Below are positions 9,616 to 19,253 of a stretch of 45,218 bases of DNA, in pieces. Position 1 is the stretch's first letter. Each line of letters begins with the position of its first letter. The DNA comes from an uncultured Chloroflexota bacterium (GTDB lineage: Bacteria > Chloroflexota > Anaerolineae > Anaerolineales > UBA4823). The notes beneath the pieces are model-generated. The model ran no database searches and was not told the origin of the DNA. It was given only the letters and a program-made list of their open reading frames with translations. The stretch covers positions 1-45,218 of the forward strand of contig CAIQIV010000055.1 in assembly GCA_903871905.1 (NCBI GenBank). Direction: 5' to 3'. The translations under genes were made by a program, and so were the position numbers.

Positions 9616-11841
9616 ATGTCACTTCGCCTCATTCTTCGCCTGCTTCTGATCCCACTCTTTCTAGTCCTGGCGGCTGGGCCTGTTGCCGCGGATGGAATAA
9701 TCAGTTCGTCCACCTCTCCCCAAAAACCTGTCCGGCAGATCGAGCTCCCACCCCGGCCGCCTGGAGCCGCGCCCAGCCCGTCTTGTACGGATACCCCCAT
9801 CCACACCTGCCTTCAGCGGAAGCCGCTGGCTGTGCCAGCGGCCCGGTCAGATGGGGGGGAGATCCAAACAGTCCCTCAACCGTCGGGAATGGCAGCCAGC
9901 CGATCCTATCTCCCGCTGGCCCTGCAGCACGTTGACCGTACGCCAGGGGTTGCCGGGCGCGTCACCCTGCAGGGGGGTCCTCAGGCGGGCATCGCCCTTG
10001 AACTGATGTCCTGGGACGGCCTGGCCCTGGTACAGGTGATGACCACCACCACCGGCAGCGACGGCCGCTATCTCTTCCCAGGCGCCCCCACCCAGGCAGA
10101 CGGCCAGTACTACTACGTCAGCTTTAACAACAGCCAGAACGGCAGTTCTTACGACTACCTGGCTTACTACCGCACCCCGCTGTTCACCGGCCACGCCGCC
10201 GGCGATCACACCGCCCTGGGCATTCTCGAGATCGCCAACCTTGCCCCGCGCAACCCATACACCTTTCAAAAAGTCAGCCTGCCGCACACCTTCGCCTGGT
10301 GGAACCGTCCCTATTCCACCGGCGATACCCTGACCCTGAACCTCTATCAAGCCGACGGCACGATGCTCTACCAGAGCGCGCCGCTGGGGAATACAGGCAG
10401 CGCTGCCCTGGCCAGCCTGCCGGAGGGCGCAGCCTGGGGCCGAAACTACCTGTGGCGTATCCAGGTCTACCGCCCGGACGGCGGTACCGGCTGGGGTTGG
10501 TCCAGCCCGGTCGCTTTCGGGGAGGGGGTCCTGCCGCCGGGCATCCAGGGCAGTGTGACCAACCATGGGCGACCATTGGACGGGCTGCCGCTTTGGCTGA
10601 TGGTCCAGCATGAGGACGGCCAATGGTATGCCGATTACACCACCACCACTCAAGACGACGGCGCTTACCGCTTCGATATCCCTGCGCAGAACAGCGGCAG
10701 GCCGTTCTTCGTGATGTACCGCAATGGCTCCATCTGGAGCACGTATAATCCCTATTTTCTGCGCAGCTGGATGAGCTACGACCTGTATACCTTCCAGGAC
10801 GGGAGCGCCCTGTCCGCTGGCAGCTTCGATCTCTCTATCCCGGGCAACGAGACGCCCGATAACGCTGAGATTCGCTCGTTTCCGGTCATCTTCGAGTGGG
10901 ATGCCCGCCTCTCCAGCCAGTCCGACAGCTACCAGGTCCAGCTCTGCAATCTCGACTGCAGCGCCATTGCCAAATCCGATGCGCTGGGCTTCACCGGCAG
11001 CTACACCCTGTCCAGCCTGCCGCCCGGATTTTATCCGGATATACCCTACATCTGGCGCGTCTGGATCAGCGACCCGTGGGGAGGCTGGGGGCGGTCCTTT
11101 GACCGGCAGATCCGCTTCAGCGCCGCGCCGCCGCAGGCCGGGATCCAGGGCTACGTGACCCATAAAGGCGGCCCGGCTGTTGGCGTCACCGTCCAGCTTC
11201 GCTTTTGGGATGGCGTGAGTTATCCGATCAAGCAGCAGGTAAAGACCGGCAGCGACAGCAGCTACCACTTCACAAATGTGGCGCCTTATGGGGCTGAAGA
11301 GTATCATGTGCGCTTTCTCAATGACCCCAGCGGCGGCAACACCCGGGACATCAACCGTTTGTGGACCTGGCGCAGCTATTCCATCCGTTACAACGCGGGC
11401 AGAACCTATGCCGGTGGGGATTTCGATACCGCCAACGTTTCCCTGCTGGCCCCGCCGGACGACACGCACGCCCCGCTACCGGTGGTCTTGACCTGGGCGC
11501 CCCGCAAGGCGACCCCGGACGACAGCTACTCACTGGGCTTTGAAGCCTACCCCTGGACAACCTCCTGGGAGACGGACCAGGTAGGCTACACCGACCATCT
11601 CACCCTCTCCAGCCTGATGGATGGGATGTACTATGGGGTGAAATATTACTGGTTTGTCCTGGTCAACGGCCCCTGGGGCGGGTATGGGGTTTCCTATTAC
11701 TACCGCAGCGTTACCTTTAACCAGATCGCCGCAAGCCAGGCTGTGCATCCGGCTGCATCCAACCCCCCGCTGGCTTCCCAACCGGCCGATCTCGATTTCG
11801 GCCTCCCGCCAGGGCGTGACGGCCTGGAAAGCCGTCCATAA
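9616..11841 (+). CDS. Secreted protein built from three ~200-aa tandem repeats, each beginning with a carboxypeptidase-regulatory-like beta-sandwich signature
   Basis: ATG 9616 follows GGAGAAAG and gives the signal peptide 'MSLRLILRLLLIPLFLVLAAGPVAADG'. Repeat heads: 'VAGRVTLQGGP...TTTTGSDGRYLF', 'IQGSVTNHGRP...TTTTQDDGAYRF', 'IQGYVTHKGGP...VKTGSDSSYHF'. Repeat tails: 'GGTGWGWSSPVAF', 'DPWGGWGRSFDRQIRF', 'GPWGGYGVSYYYRSVTF'. Confidence 0.75.
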   Translation: MSLRLILRLLLIPLFLVLAAGPVAADGIISSSTSPQKPVRQIELPPRPPGAAPSPSCTDTPIHTCLQRKPLAVPAARSDGGEIQTVPQPSGMAASRSYLPLALQHVDRTPGVAGRVTLQGGPQAGIALELMSWDGLALVQVMTTTTGSDGRYLFPGAPTQADGQYYYVSFNNSQNGSSYDYLAYYRTPLFTGHAAGDHTALGILEIANLAPRNPYTFQKVSLPHTFAWWNRPYSTGDTLTLNLYQADGTMLYQSAPLGNTGSAALASLPEGAAWGRNYLWRIQVYRPDGGTGWGWSSPVAFGEGVLPPGIQGSVTNHGRPLDGLPLWLMVQHEDGQWYADYTTTTQDDGAYRFDIPAQNSGRPFFVMYRNGSIWSTYNPYFLRSWMSYDLYTFQDGSALSAGSFDLSIPGNETPDNAEIRSFPVIFEWDARLSSQSDSYQVQLCNLDCSAIAKSDALGFTGSYTLSSLPPGFYPDIPYIWRVWISDPWGGWGRSFDRQIRFSAAPPQAGIQGYVTHKGGPAVGVTVQLRFWDGVSYPIKQQVKTGSDSSYHFTNVAPYGAEEYHVRFLNDPSGGNTRDINRLWTWRSYSIRYNAGRTYAGGDFDTANVSLLAPPDDTHAPLPVVLTWAPRKATPDDSYSLGFEAYPWTTSWETDQVGYTDHLTLSSLMDGMYYGVKYYWFVLVNGPWGGYGVSYYYRSVTFNQIAASQAVHPAASNPPLASQPADLDFGLPPGRDGLESRP
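9946..11720 (+). repeat. Three diverged in-frame tandem repeats (protein level), starting at about 9946, 10539 and 11140
   Basis: The repeat-unit starts 'G(V/I)(A/Q)G.VT' recur at roughly 600-nt spacing. Similarity is clear in the protein but weak in the nucleotide sequence. Confidence 0.65.
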
Positions 11842-11870
11842 GCCCAAAAATCGGGTACAATCGGGACGGC

Positions 11871-13427
11871 TTGAACCGACCTTTTCTGTATTTCACCGTC
11901 TTTGCCTCGGGCGTCACCTCGCTGGCGCTGGAGATGTCTGCCTCGCGCCTGCTGGGCAGCGTCTTTGGCACTTCGAACCTGGTATGGGCCGCCATCATCG
12001 GTCTGATCCTGATCTACCTGGCCGCCGGGTACTTCCTGGGCGGCTGGTGGGCAGACCGTTCGCCCCAGCCGCGCACCCTGTACACCATCCTGGCCTGGGC
12101 GGCCCTGGGCGGCGGCCTTGTCCCGCTGGTCGCCCAGCCCGTGCTGCTGCTGGCTGCAGACGCCTTCGACCAGCTCCAGGTAGGTGTGCTGTTCGGCGCC
12201 TTCACCTCGGTGCTGGTTCTGTTCTCTGCGCCCGTCACCCTGCTGGGTACGGTTTCTCCCTTCGCCATCCGCCTGGCAATCAGTGACCCGCTGCACGCCG
12301 GGCGCATCTCCGGCCAGATTTACGCCATTTCCACCCTGGGCTCCTTCCTGGGCACCTTCCTGCCGGTGCTGCTGTTGATCCCCCTGGTGGGCACCAACCT
12401 GACCTTTATCCTCTTCAGCCTGTTCCTGGCGCTGGTCGCCATGGCCGGGCTGTGGCTGGCAGGCGGCTGGCGGGGGATGCTGCCGCTGGTCTGGATCCCG
12501 CTGCTGCTGTTCCTGCTGGGGATTTATCTGGCCTACCAGCCCATCAAACAGTCGCGCGGCCAGATCTACGAGACCGAGTCGGCCTATAACTACATCCAGG
12601 TGCTTGAGCTGGATGGCAGCCGCATGCTGCGACTGAACGAAGGCCAGGGCGTGCACTCCATCTGGCATCCTGAGCAGCTGAACTTTGCCGGGCCGTGGGA
12701 GTCATTCCTCGCTGCCCCGTTCTTCAGCCCTGCACCCTTCCCCCGCTCCCAGGTCAGGAGCATGGCCATCATCGGCCTGGCCGCCGGCACCGCTGCCCGC
12801 CAGGCGACCCAGGTCTTCGGCCCCATCCCCATCGATGGCTACGAGATAGACCCGGCGATCATCCAGGTAGGGCGCGCCTATTTTGATATGAACGAGCCCA
12901 ACCTGAACGCCATCGCCGCCGACGGGCGCTGGGGGCTGGCAAAATCCGGGCGCACCTACGACCTGATCGCCATCGACGCCTACCGCCCGCCCTACATCCC
13001 CTTCCATCTGACCACCCGCGAGTTCTTCACCCTGGTGCGCCAGCACCTGAGCGAGAACGGGGCGGTGGCTGTCAACGTGGGCCGCTCGCCCACCGACCGC
13101 CGCCTGGTGGATGGACTGGCAGCCACCCTGCAGACGGTCTTTCCATCGGTATATGTCATGGACCTGCCGGACACCTTCAACACCCTGATCTACGCTACCG
13201 CCCGCACCGGCAGCATCCAGGACTTCTACCAGAACACCACCGCCGTGCTCTCCGACCCGGCCTCTCCTCCCCTGCTGCGCGATGTGCTGACCCGCGTGGT
13301 GCTCAACCTGCAGCCCACCCCCTCCGGAGGCCAGGTCTTCACCGACGACCGGGCTCCCATCGAATGGATCACCAACAACATGGTGCTGAATTTTGTTTTA
13401 TTCAATGATATGGAGACACTTAAGTGA
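11871..13427 (+). CDS. Fused membrane domain / spermidine-synthase-like (aminopropyl- or methyltransferase-fold) protein
   Basis: The N-terminal ~230 aa are polytopic ('FTVFASGVTSLALEMSASRLLGSVFGTSNLVWAAIIG'). The C-terminal Rossmann-type spermidine synthase pattern is 'IIGLAAGT...GYEIDP...IAIDAYRPPYIPFHLTTREFF'. TTG start. Confidence 0.75.
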   Translation: MNRPFLYFTVFASGVTSLALEMSASRLLGSVFGTSNLVWAAIIGLILIYLAAGYFLGGWWADRSPQPRTLYTILAWAALGGGLVPLVAQPVLLLAADAFDQLQVGVLFGAFTSVLVLFSAPVTLLGTVSPFAIRLAISDPLHAGRISGQIYAISTLGSFLGTFLPVLLLIPLVGTNLTFILFSLFLALVAMAGLWLAGGWRGMLPLVWIPLLLFLLGIYLAYQPIKQSRGQIYETESAYNYIQVLELDGSRMLRLNEGQGVHSIWHPEQLNFAGPWESFLAAPFFSPAPFPRSQVRSMAIIGLAAGTAARQATQVFGPIPIDGYEIDPAIIQVGRAYFDMNEPNLNAIAADGRWGLAKSGRTYDLIAIDAYRPPYIPFHLTTREFFTLVRQHLSENGAVAVNVGRSPTDRRLVDGLAATLQTVFPSVYVMDLPDTFNTLIYATARTGSIQDFYQNTTAVLSDPASPPLLRDVLTRVVLNLQPTPSGGQVFTDDRAPIEWITNNMVLNFVLFNDMETLK

Positions 13428-14092
13428 AAAAAGCCCCGGCCTTCCTGCCCACCCTCCTTTCCTGGCTGATTACCCTGCTGGTTCCCGTTGCCCTGACCCT
13501 GAGTGCGGTGCGCCTGATGCTCACCCCGCTCTACATCCAGTGGGAATACAACCTGCCCAACTTCCCTGCAGACCGTTACGGTTTCACCAAACAGGACCGG
13601 CTGTATTGGGGGAATATCACCCGCCAGTACCTGCTCAACTCGGACGGCATCTCGTTCCTGGCTGACCTGCGCTTCCCGGATGGCCAGCCGGTGTACAACG
13701 AGCGCGAGCTGCGCCACATGGTAGATGTCAAGGTGACCTTGAGCCGCACGCTGCAGGTGTGGATCACCTCCCTGGTCCTGCTCCTGGGGCTGGGGATATG
13801 GGCCTGGTATGACGCGTGGTGGCAGGATTTCACTCGCGGGGTGCGCCGCGGCGCCTGGGTGACAGTTGGCTTGCTGGTCGCAATCCTGGTGTTCGTGCTC
13901 TTCCTGTTTGAGCCGTTCTTCGTCGCCTTCCACAATGTTTTCTTCGACCCGGGAACGTGGATGTTCCTGTGGAGCGACACGCTGATCCGCCTGTTCCCCG
14001 AAAAGTTCTGGCAGGATATCTTCATCCTGGTGGGCGGCCTGTCGCTGGGTGGGGCGCTGGCGCTGATTGTCCTGCTGCGCCCATCGAAATAG
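13424..14092 (+). CDS. TIGR01906/DUF1461-family integral membrane protein (Lit-like lipoprotein intramolecular transacylase family)
   Basis: N-terminal TM helix, an extracytoplasmic segment with 'ERELRHMVDVK', and three C-terminal TM helices. The GTG start overlaps the upstream TGA (GTGA at 13424-13427). Confidence 0.55.
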   Translation: MKKAPAFLPTLLSWLITLLVPVALTLSAVRLMLTPLYIQWEYNLPNFPADRYGFTKQDRLYWGNITRQYLLNSDGISFLADLRFPDGQPVYNERELRHMVDVKVTLSRTLQVWITSLVLLLGLGIWAWYDAWWQDFTRGVRRGAWVTVGLLVAILVFVLFLFEPFFVAFHNVFFDPGTWMFLWSDTLIRLFPEKFWQDIFILVGGLSLGGALALIVLLRPSK

Positions 14093-14103
14093 CCCAATCC
14101 TGC

Positions 14104-14132
14104 AAAAAACGGCGCCGCGCGGCGCCGTTTTC
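14104..14132. terminator. Bidirectional intrinsic terminator between convergent genes
   Basis: AAAAA-ACGGCGCC-GCGC-GGCGCCGT-TTTT: a perfect GC-rich 8-bp stem flanked by an A-tract and a T-tract. Confidence 0.8.
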
Positions 14133-14178
14133 ATCCAGAAAAATTCCGAAGTCTTCTTCTGACTTGGGAATTTTTTAT

Positions 14179-14934
14179 TTACTTGGCTTTGCCCTGGTTG
14201 GCGACGGCTTCCGCCGCCTTCTTCACCGCCTCGGGGTCGCCCAGGTAATAACTGGTGATGCGTTTCAGGTTCTCATCCAGCTCGTACACCAACGGGACGC
14301 CGGTGGGAATATTCAGCTCGGGGATGGCCTCATCCGAGATGTTGTCCAGGTACTTGACCATGGCGCGCAGGCTGTTGCCGTGGGCTACGATCAGCAGGCG
14401 CTTGCCGGATTGGATGGCTGGGGCAATGTCGCTAAACCAGTAGGGTAGGACGCGCTCCAGGGTCATCTTGAGCGACTCGCAGCGCGGCAGCTGCTCGGCG
14501 CTCAACCCGGCGTAGCGCCGGTCCTTACCCGGGTAGCGTTCGTCGTCCAGGTCCAGCGCCGGAGGTGGGACATCATAAGAGCGGCGCCACAGCTTGACCT
14601 GCGCCTCGCCGTACTTGGTCGCCATCTCGGCCTTGTTCAACCCCTGCAGCGCCCCATAGTGGCGCTCATTCAACTGCCAGGCGCGGATCACCGGCAGCCA
14701 TTCGTTGCCCATCACTTCCATGATATTCCACATGGTCTTGATCGCCCGGCGCAGCACCGAGGTGTACACCAGGTCGAACTCGTAGCTGCCTTCCTTCAGC
14801 AGGCGGCCAGCCTCAGTGGCTTCCTTCTCACCCAGCTCGGTCAGCCCCACGTCCGTCCAGCCAGTAAAACGGTTTTCCAGGTTCCAGGTGCTCTGGCCGT
14901 GGCGCACAAGCACCATTTTATATGTCGTCGTCAT
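14179..14934 (-). CDS. gpmA: 2,3-bisphosphoglycerate-dependent phosphoglycerate mutase
   Basis: '[21 protein letters not shown]' (catalytic RHG motif), and 'VAHGNSLRA'. Confidence 0.95.
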   Translation of the reverse strand: MTTTYKMVLVRHGQSTWNLENRFTGWTDVGLTELGEKEATEAGRLLKEGSYEFDLVYTSVLRRAIKTMWNIMEVMGNEWLPVIRAWQLNERHYGALQGLNKAEMATKYGEAQVKLWRRSYDVPPPALDLDDERYPGKDRRYAGLSAEQLPRCESLKMTLERVLPYWFSDIAPAIQSGKRLLIVAHGNSLRAMVKYLDNISDEAIPELNIPTGVPLVYELDENLKRITSYYLGDPEAVKKAAEAVANQGKAK

Positions 14935-14960
14935 TTTGACCTCTCGTTTATTTTAATAAC

Positions 14961-14996
14961 AGGCCCGGGGAGCCAGTCCGGCGCCCAGGGCCTGTC
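14961..14996 (-). terminator. Possible terminator hairpin downstream of the ABC ATPase gene
   Basis: ACAGGCCC...GGGCCTGT stem. On the minus strand it is followed by TTATTAAAATAAA. The loop is long, so the call is weak. Confidence 0.3.
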
Positions 14997-15009
14997 GGTT
15001 TCCTAAATA

Positions 15010-16110
15010 TCAGCGCACTGCTGCTTCAGTTTCCCGGTCAAAGATATGGATGTTCTCCATGTTGAACACCATCTGCGTCTTATCGCCCACCTGGTAGCGC
15101 GAGCGGGGATCCACCCGGGCCACGAAGTTGTGCTCGCCGCTCTTCAGGTACAGGAAGATTTCGTTGCCCATCAGCTCGGTCACATCCACCAGGGCCTCCA
15201 CTGGCTGCACAGTGATGCCCGGAGGGGCAAACTGCGGGTTGTGGATGTCCTCGGGCCGGATGCCGAAGATGATCTGCTTGTCCACCTCACCCATGTAGGC
15301 CGCAGACTTCCCTTCCGGGATCTGCACGTTGAACGTCCCGCCGTCCACAAACAGCTTGCCATCCGATTTGCGCAGCGTCGCCGGGAAGAAGTTCATCGCC
15401 GGCGATCCGATGAAGCCCGCCACGAACAGGTTATCCGGCCGGTCATACAGCACCTGCGGCGTGTCCACCTGCTGCAGGATGCCCTTGTTGATCACCGCAA
15501 TGCGCGTGGCCATGGTCATGGCCTCCACCTGGTCGTGGGTCACGTAGACGAAGGTGGTCTGCAGGTCGTGGTGCAGCTTGCTGATGTTGGCGCGCGTCTC
15601 GACGCGCAGCTTGGCGTCCAGGTTAGACAGCGGCTCGTCAAACAGGAAGACCTTTGGATTGCGCACAATGGCCCGGCCGACCGCAACACGCTGCCGCTGG
15701 CCGCCGGAGAGCTGGCGTGGCTTGCGGTCCAGCAGGTGCTCGATGCCCAGGATCTCGGCGGCTTTCTGCACCCGCTGCTTGATCTCTTCTTTCGGCCGCT
15801 TGCGCAGCTTGAGGCCGAAGGCCATGTTGTCAAAGACCGACATGTGCGGGTACAGCGCATAAGATTGGAATACCATGGCAATGTCCCGGTCCTTGGGGGC
15901 CACGTCATTCACCACCTGGTCGCCAATCAAGATCTGGCCTTCGCTCACATCCTCCAACCCTGCCAGGCAGCGCAAAGCCGTAGTTTTACCGCAGCCCGAG
16001 GGACCTACCAACACCAGGAATTCTTTATCCGCGATTTCCAGGTTCAAATTATTGACAGCAACGACGTCTCCAAAACGTTTGAAGACATGATCAAAGGTAA
16101 CACTTGCCAT
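15010..16110 (-). CDS. Carbohydrate-type ABC transporter ATP-binding protein (UgpC/MalK/MsmX family)
   Basis: Walker A 'GPSGCGKTT', signature 'LSGGQRQRVAVGRA', Walker B 'FLFDEPLSNLD', and a C-terminal MalK-like regulatory domain. The start 'MASVTF' is preceded by AAGGAG. The track ORF is over-extended by 14 codons. Confidence 0.9.
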   Translation of the reverse strand: MASVTFDHVFKRFGDVVAVNNLNLEIADKEFLVLVGPSGCGKTTALRCLAGLEDVSEGQILIGDQVVNDVAPKDRDIAMVFQSYALYPHMSVFDNMAFGLKLRKRPKEEIKQRVQKAAEILGIEHLLDRKPRQLSGGQRQRVAVGRAIVRNPKVFLFDEPLSNLDAKLRVETRANISKLHHDLQTTFVYVTHDQVEAMTMATRIAVINKGILQQVDTPQVLYDRPDNLFVAGFIGSPAMNFFPATLRKSDGKLFVDGGTFNVQIPEGKSAAYMGEVDKQIIFGIRPEDIHNPQFAPPGITVQPVEALVDVTELMGNEIFLYLKSGEHNFVARVDPRSRYQVGDKTQMVFNMENIHIFDRETEAAVR

Positions 16111-16169
16111 GAGAGGTACTCCTTTCTCGTGTTCGGGAATATGGTGATGCAATTATAACATTTCTGGAT

Positions 16170-16175
16170 TAGAAT
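16170..16175 (+). promoter_or_regulatory. Candidate -10 box (TAGAAT) placed for a leaderless mutS transcript
   Basis: TAGAAT ends 6 nt before ATG 16182, and no SD-like sequence lies between them. Confidence 0.3.
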
Positions 16176-16181
16176 GTTGTC

Positions 16182-18752
16182 ATGTCATCCGAAGACATAA
16201 CTCCTATCCGCAAGCAGTACCTGGAAATCAAGCGCCAATATCCCGACGCTATCCTGTTCTTCCGCCTGGGCGATTTCTACGAAACCTTCGACCAGGACGC
16301 TGAGACCGCCGCTCGTGAGCTGGACATCGTGCTCACCTCGCGCAACGTGGCCAAGGGGGCGCGCGTGCCCATGGCCGGCATCCCTCACCACGCTGCCGAA
16401 AACTACCTGGCGCGCTTGATCGAGCGCGGCTATCACGTAGCCATCTGTGAGCAGGTCGGCGACCAGCCCCAGAAGGGCATCTTTCCTCGCGCCGTGACCC
16501 GCGTGGTCACCCCAGGCACGATCACCGAGCCCGGCCTGCTCCCCGGTGACGCCAACAACTACCTGGCCTGCGCCGTGGTGCAGGATGAGCGCGCCGGGGT
16601 GGCCTACGTGGACATCACCACCGGTGAGTTCGCCGCCGCAGAGCTGAGCGGGGGCGATATTCACGCCGCCCTGCGCGCCGAGATGGTGCGCCTCAAGCCC
16701 GCCGAGATCCTGCACCCCGACAGCCTGGAACTGCGCAACGGCCTGCCCGGCCACCCCACCCCATGGCCTGCCTGGCGCTTCGAGCCCGGCCGCTGCCAGG
16801 AGGAGATCTTTCGCCATTTCCAGGTCGCCTCGCTGGACGGCTTTGGTCTGCGCGGCCTGCCGCTGGCGGCGCGCGCCGCCGGGGCCATCCTGCAGTACCT
16901 GCGCGAGACGCAGCCTGCATCCCTGGGCCTGCTGGTGCGCCTGAGCACCTACAGCACTTCCGAATTTATGATCCTGGATGCCGCCACCCGGCGCAACCTG
17001 GAGCTGACCGAAACCCTGCGCAGCGGCGAGGTGCGCGGCTCGCTGCTGGGCGTGCTGGACAAGACCGTCACCCCCATGGGCAAGCGCCTGGTCCAGCAGT
17101 GGGTCAACCGGCCGCTTCTGGATCTCCCCGCCATCGCCGCCCGCCAGGACGGGGTCGAGTTCTTCTTCAGCGACGGCCTGCTGCGCCTGGAGCTGCGCCA
17201 GACGCTCAAACCGCTCAACGACCTGGAGCGCCTGGCCAACCGCGTGGTGGGCGGCAGCGCCCAGCCCCGCGATCTGGCCGCCATGCGCCACACGCTCTCC
17301 CGCCTGCCCGAAGTGCGCCGCCTGCTGCCGGATGAGCAGCCCGCCCTGCAGCCAACATTGGACAGCTTTGACCCCTGCGCCGCCGAGCTGGAGCTGCTGC
17401 AGGCCGCCCTGGCCGAGGAGCCGCCGGCCACCCTGGCTAACCCGGGCGTGATCCGCCCCGGTTACTCCGCCGAGCTGGACGGGGTGATCGAGCGTTCACG
17501 GCACGCCCGCGAGTGGATCGCCAGCCTGGAGGCGGTGGAGCGCGAGCGCACCGGCATCCGCTCGCTTAAGGTCGGTTACAACAAGGTCTTCGGCTACTAC
17601 ATTGAGATTTCCCACGCCAACACCGGGCTGGTGCCCGCCGAGTACATCCGCAAGCAGACCCTGGTAAACGCCGAGCGCTACATCACCCCGGAGATGAAAG
17701 AGTACGAGACGCTGGTGCTCAACGCCGAGGAGCGCATCCGCGAGATCGAAGCCCGGCTGTTCAAGGAGCTATGCGCTCGCCTGGGCGCTTCGGCCTCCCG
17801 CCTGCTGGGCGCGGCGCGTGCCCTGGCGCAGTTGGATGTGCTTGCCGGCCTGGCCGAGGCCGCCGTGCAGGGCGGCTACGTGCGCCCGCAGGTAGTGGAC
17901 GATGACGTTCTCGAGATCCTTGCCGGGCGCCACCCGGTGGTCGAGCAGACCCTGAGCGGCGAGCGCTTCGTGCCCAACGATGTTCTCTTTGAACCCGGCG
18001 AGCGGGTGCGCATCATCACCGGCCCCAATATGTCCGGCAAGTCCACCCTGATCCGCCAGGTGGCCCTGATCGCCCTGATGGCCCAGATCGGCAGCTTCGT
18101 CCCCGCCGCCTCCGCCCGCCTGGGCACGGTGGACCGCATCTTCACCCGCATGGGCGCCCAGGACGAGATCCATGCCGGGCAGTCCACCTTCATGGTCGAG
18201 ATGGTCGAGACCGCCAACATCCTGCACCACGCCACGCCGCGCAGCCTGCTGGTGCTGGACGAGATCGGGCGCGGCACCAGCACCTACGACGGCGTCTCCA
18301 TCGCCTGGGCGGTGGTGGAGTATATCCATAACCACCCCCATTTGCGCGCCCGCACCCTGTTCGCTACCCACTACCACGAGCTCACCCAGCTGGCCGACCT
18401 GCTGCCCGGTGTGCGCAACTACAACGTGGCGGTCAGTGAGGCGGACGGCAAGGTGGTCTTCCTGCACAAGATCGTCCCCGGTGGCGCCGACCGCTCCTAC
18501 GGCATCCACGTGGCGCAGCTCGCCGGCCTGCCGCGCCCGGTGGTGCAGCGCGCCGGCGAGATCTTGACCACGCTGGAGGCCTCCTCCGGCAAGGCAGTGC
18601 GCGTAAGCCCCGGCGCTGCCCGCCAGCTCGCCCTGTTCCCCGAAACCAACCCACTGCTGGACGAGCTGAAGACCCTGGACATCAACGCTCTCTCACCCAT
18701 CGAGGCGCTCAACAAGCTCTACGAGTTCAAGGGTAAATACCTGAAGGATTAA
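16182..18752 (+). CDS. mutS: DNA mismatch repair protein MutS
   Basis: N-terminal mismatch-binding motif 'FFRLGDFYETF', Walker A 'GPNMSGKST', 'DEIGRGTSTYDG', and typical length of 856 aa. Confidence 0.97.
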   Translation: MSSEDITPIRKQYLEIKRQYPDAILFFRLGDFYETFDQDAETAARELDIVLTSRNVAKGARVPMAGIPHHAAENYLARLIERGYHVAICEQVGDQPQKGIFPRAVTRVVTPGTITEPGLLPGDANNYLACAVVQDERAGVAYVDITTGEFAAAELSGGDIHAALRAEMVRLKPAEILHPDSLELRNGLPGHPTPWPAWRFEPGRCQEEIFRHFQVASLDGFGLRGLPLAARAAGAILQYLRETQPASLGLLVRLSTYSTSEFMILDAATRRNLELTETLRSGEVRGSLLGVLDKTVTPMGKRLVQQWVNRPLLDLPAIAARQDGVEFFFSDGLLRLELRQTLKPLNDLERLANRVVGGSAQPRDLAAMRHTLSRLPEVRRLLPDEQPALQPTLDSFDPCAAELELLQAALAEEPPATLANPGVIRPGYSAELDGVIERSRHAREWIASLEAVERERTGIRSLKVGYNKVFGYYIEISHANTGLVPAEYIRKQTLVNAERYITPEMKEYETLVLNAEERIREIEARLFKELCARLGASASRLLGAARALAQLDVLAGLAEAAVQGGYVRPQVVDDDVLEILAGRHPVVEQTLSGERFVPNDVLFEPGERVRIITGPNMSGKSTLIRQVALIALMAQIGSFVPAASARLGTVDRIFTRMGAQDEIHAGQSTFMVEMVETANILHHATPRSLLVLDEIGRGTSTYDGVSIAWAVVEYIHNHPHLRARTLFATHYHELTQLADLLPGVRNYNVAVSEADGKVVFLHKIVPGGADRSYGIHVAQLAGLPRPVVQRAGEILTTLEASSGKAVRVSPGAARQLALFPETNPLLDELKTLDINALSPIEALNKLYEFKGKYLKD

Positions 18753-18764
18753 GCGAGGCATGCC

Positions 18765-19241
18765 ATGTTAGCCCTGGAGATGGTCCGCACCCTGACCGAC
18801 TACAACTACGCCCTGCAGCGCCGCATGTGGGAGAGCATCTTCCACCTGAGCGACGAGCAGTTCGTGCTGGAGATCCCCTACTCGCACGGCTCGGTGCGCA
18901 ACCAGGTGGTACACCTGGCGCGCACCGACGGGCGCTTTCTGCGCGCCTTGCAGGACGACCCGGGGGCCCGCAGCTACAACCCCGACCCGGCGGAATACCC
19001 CACCCGGGCAGAAGCCAACCAGCTTTTCGAGACCGTGGCCCAGGAATTTCAGGCCTATGTCCACTCTATGAACGATACGAATCTGGAGCGCATCCCCCTG
19101 GGCCTGCCCGGCCCGACCTGGCAGGTGCTGCTGCACGTGGCCAACCACGGCGCCGACCACCGCGCCCAGGTGCTGCGCCTGCTGCACGACTTCGGCGCTC
19201 CCACCTTCGACCAGGATCTGGTGCTCTACCTGTGGCGCTGA
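18765..19241 (+). CDS. DinB-family (DinB_2) four-helix-bundle metal-binding protein
   Basis: His triad context: 'RNQVVHLARTD' ... 'LLHVANHGADHRAQVLRLL'. Confidence 0.8.
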   Translation: MLALEMVRTLTDYNYALQRRMWESIFHLSDEQFVLEIPYSHGSVRNQVVHLARTDGRFLRALQDDPGARSYNPDPAEYPTRAEANQLFETVAQEFQAYVHSMNDTNLERIPLGLPGPTWQVLLHVANHGADHRAQVLRLLHDFGAPTFDQDLVLYLWR

Positions 19242-19253
19242 GCCCGGCGGCAT

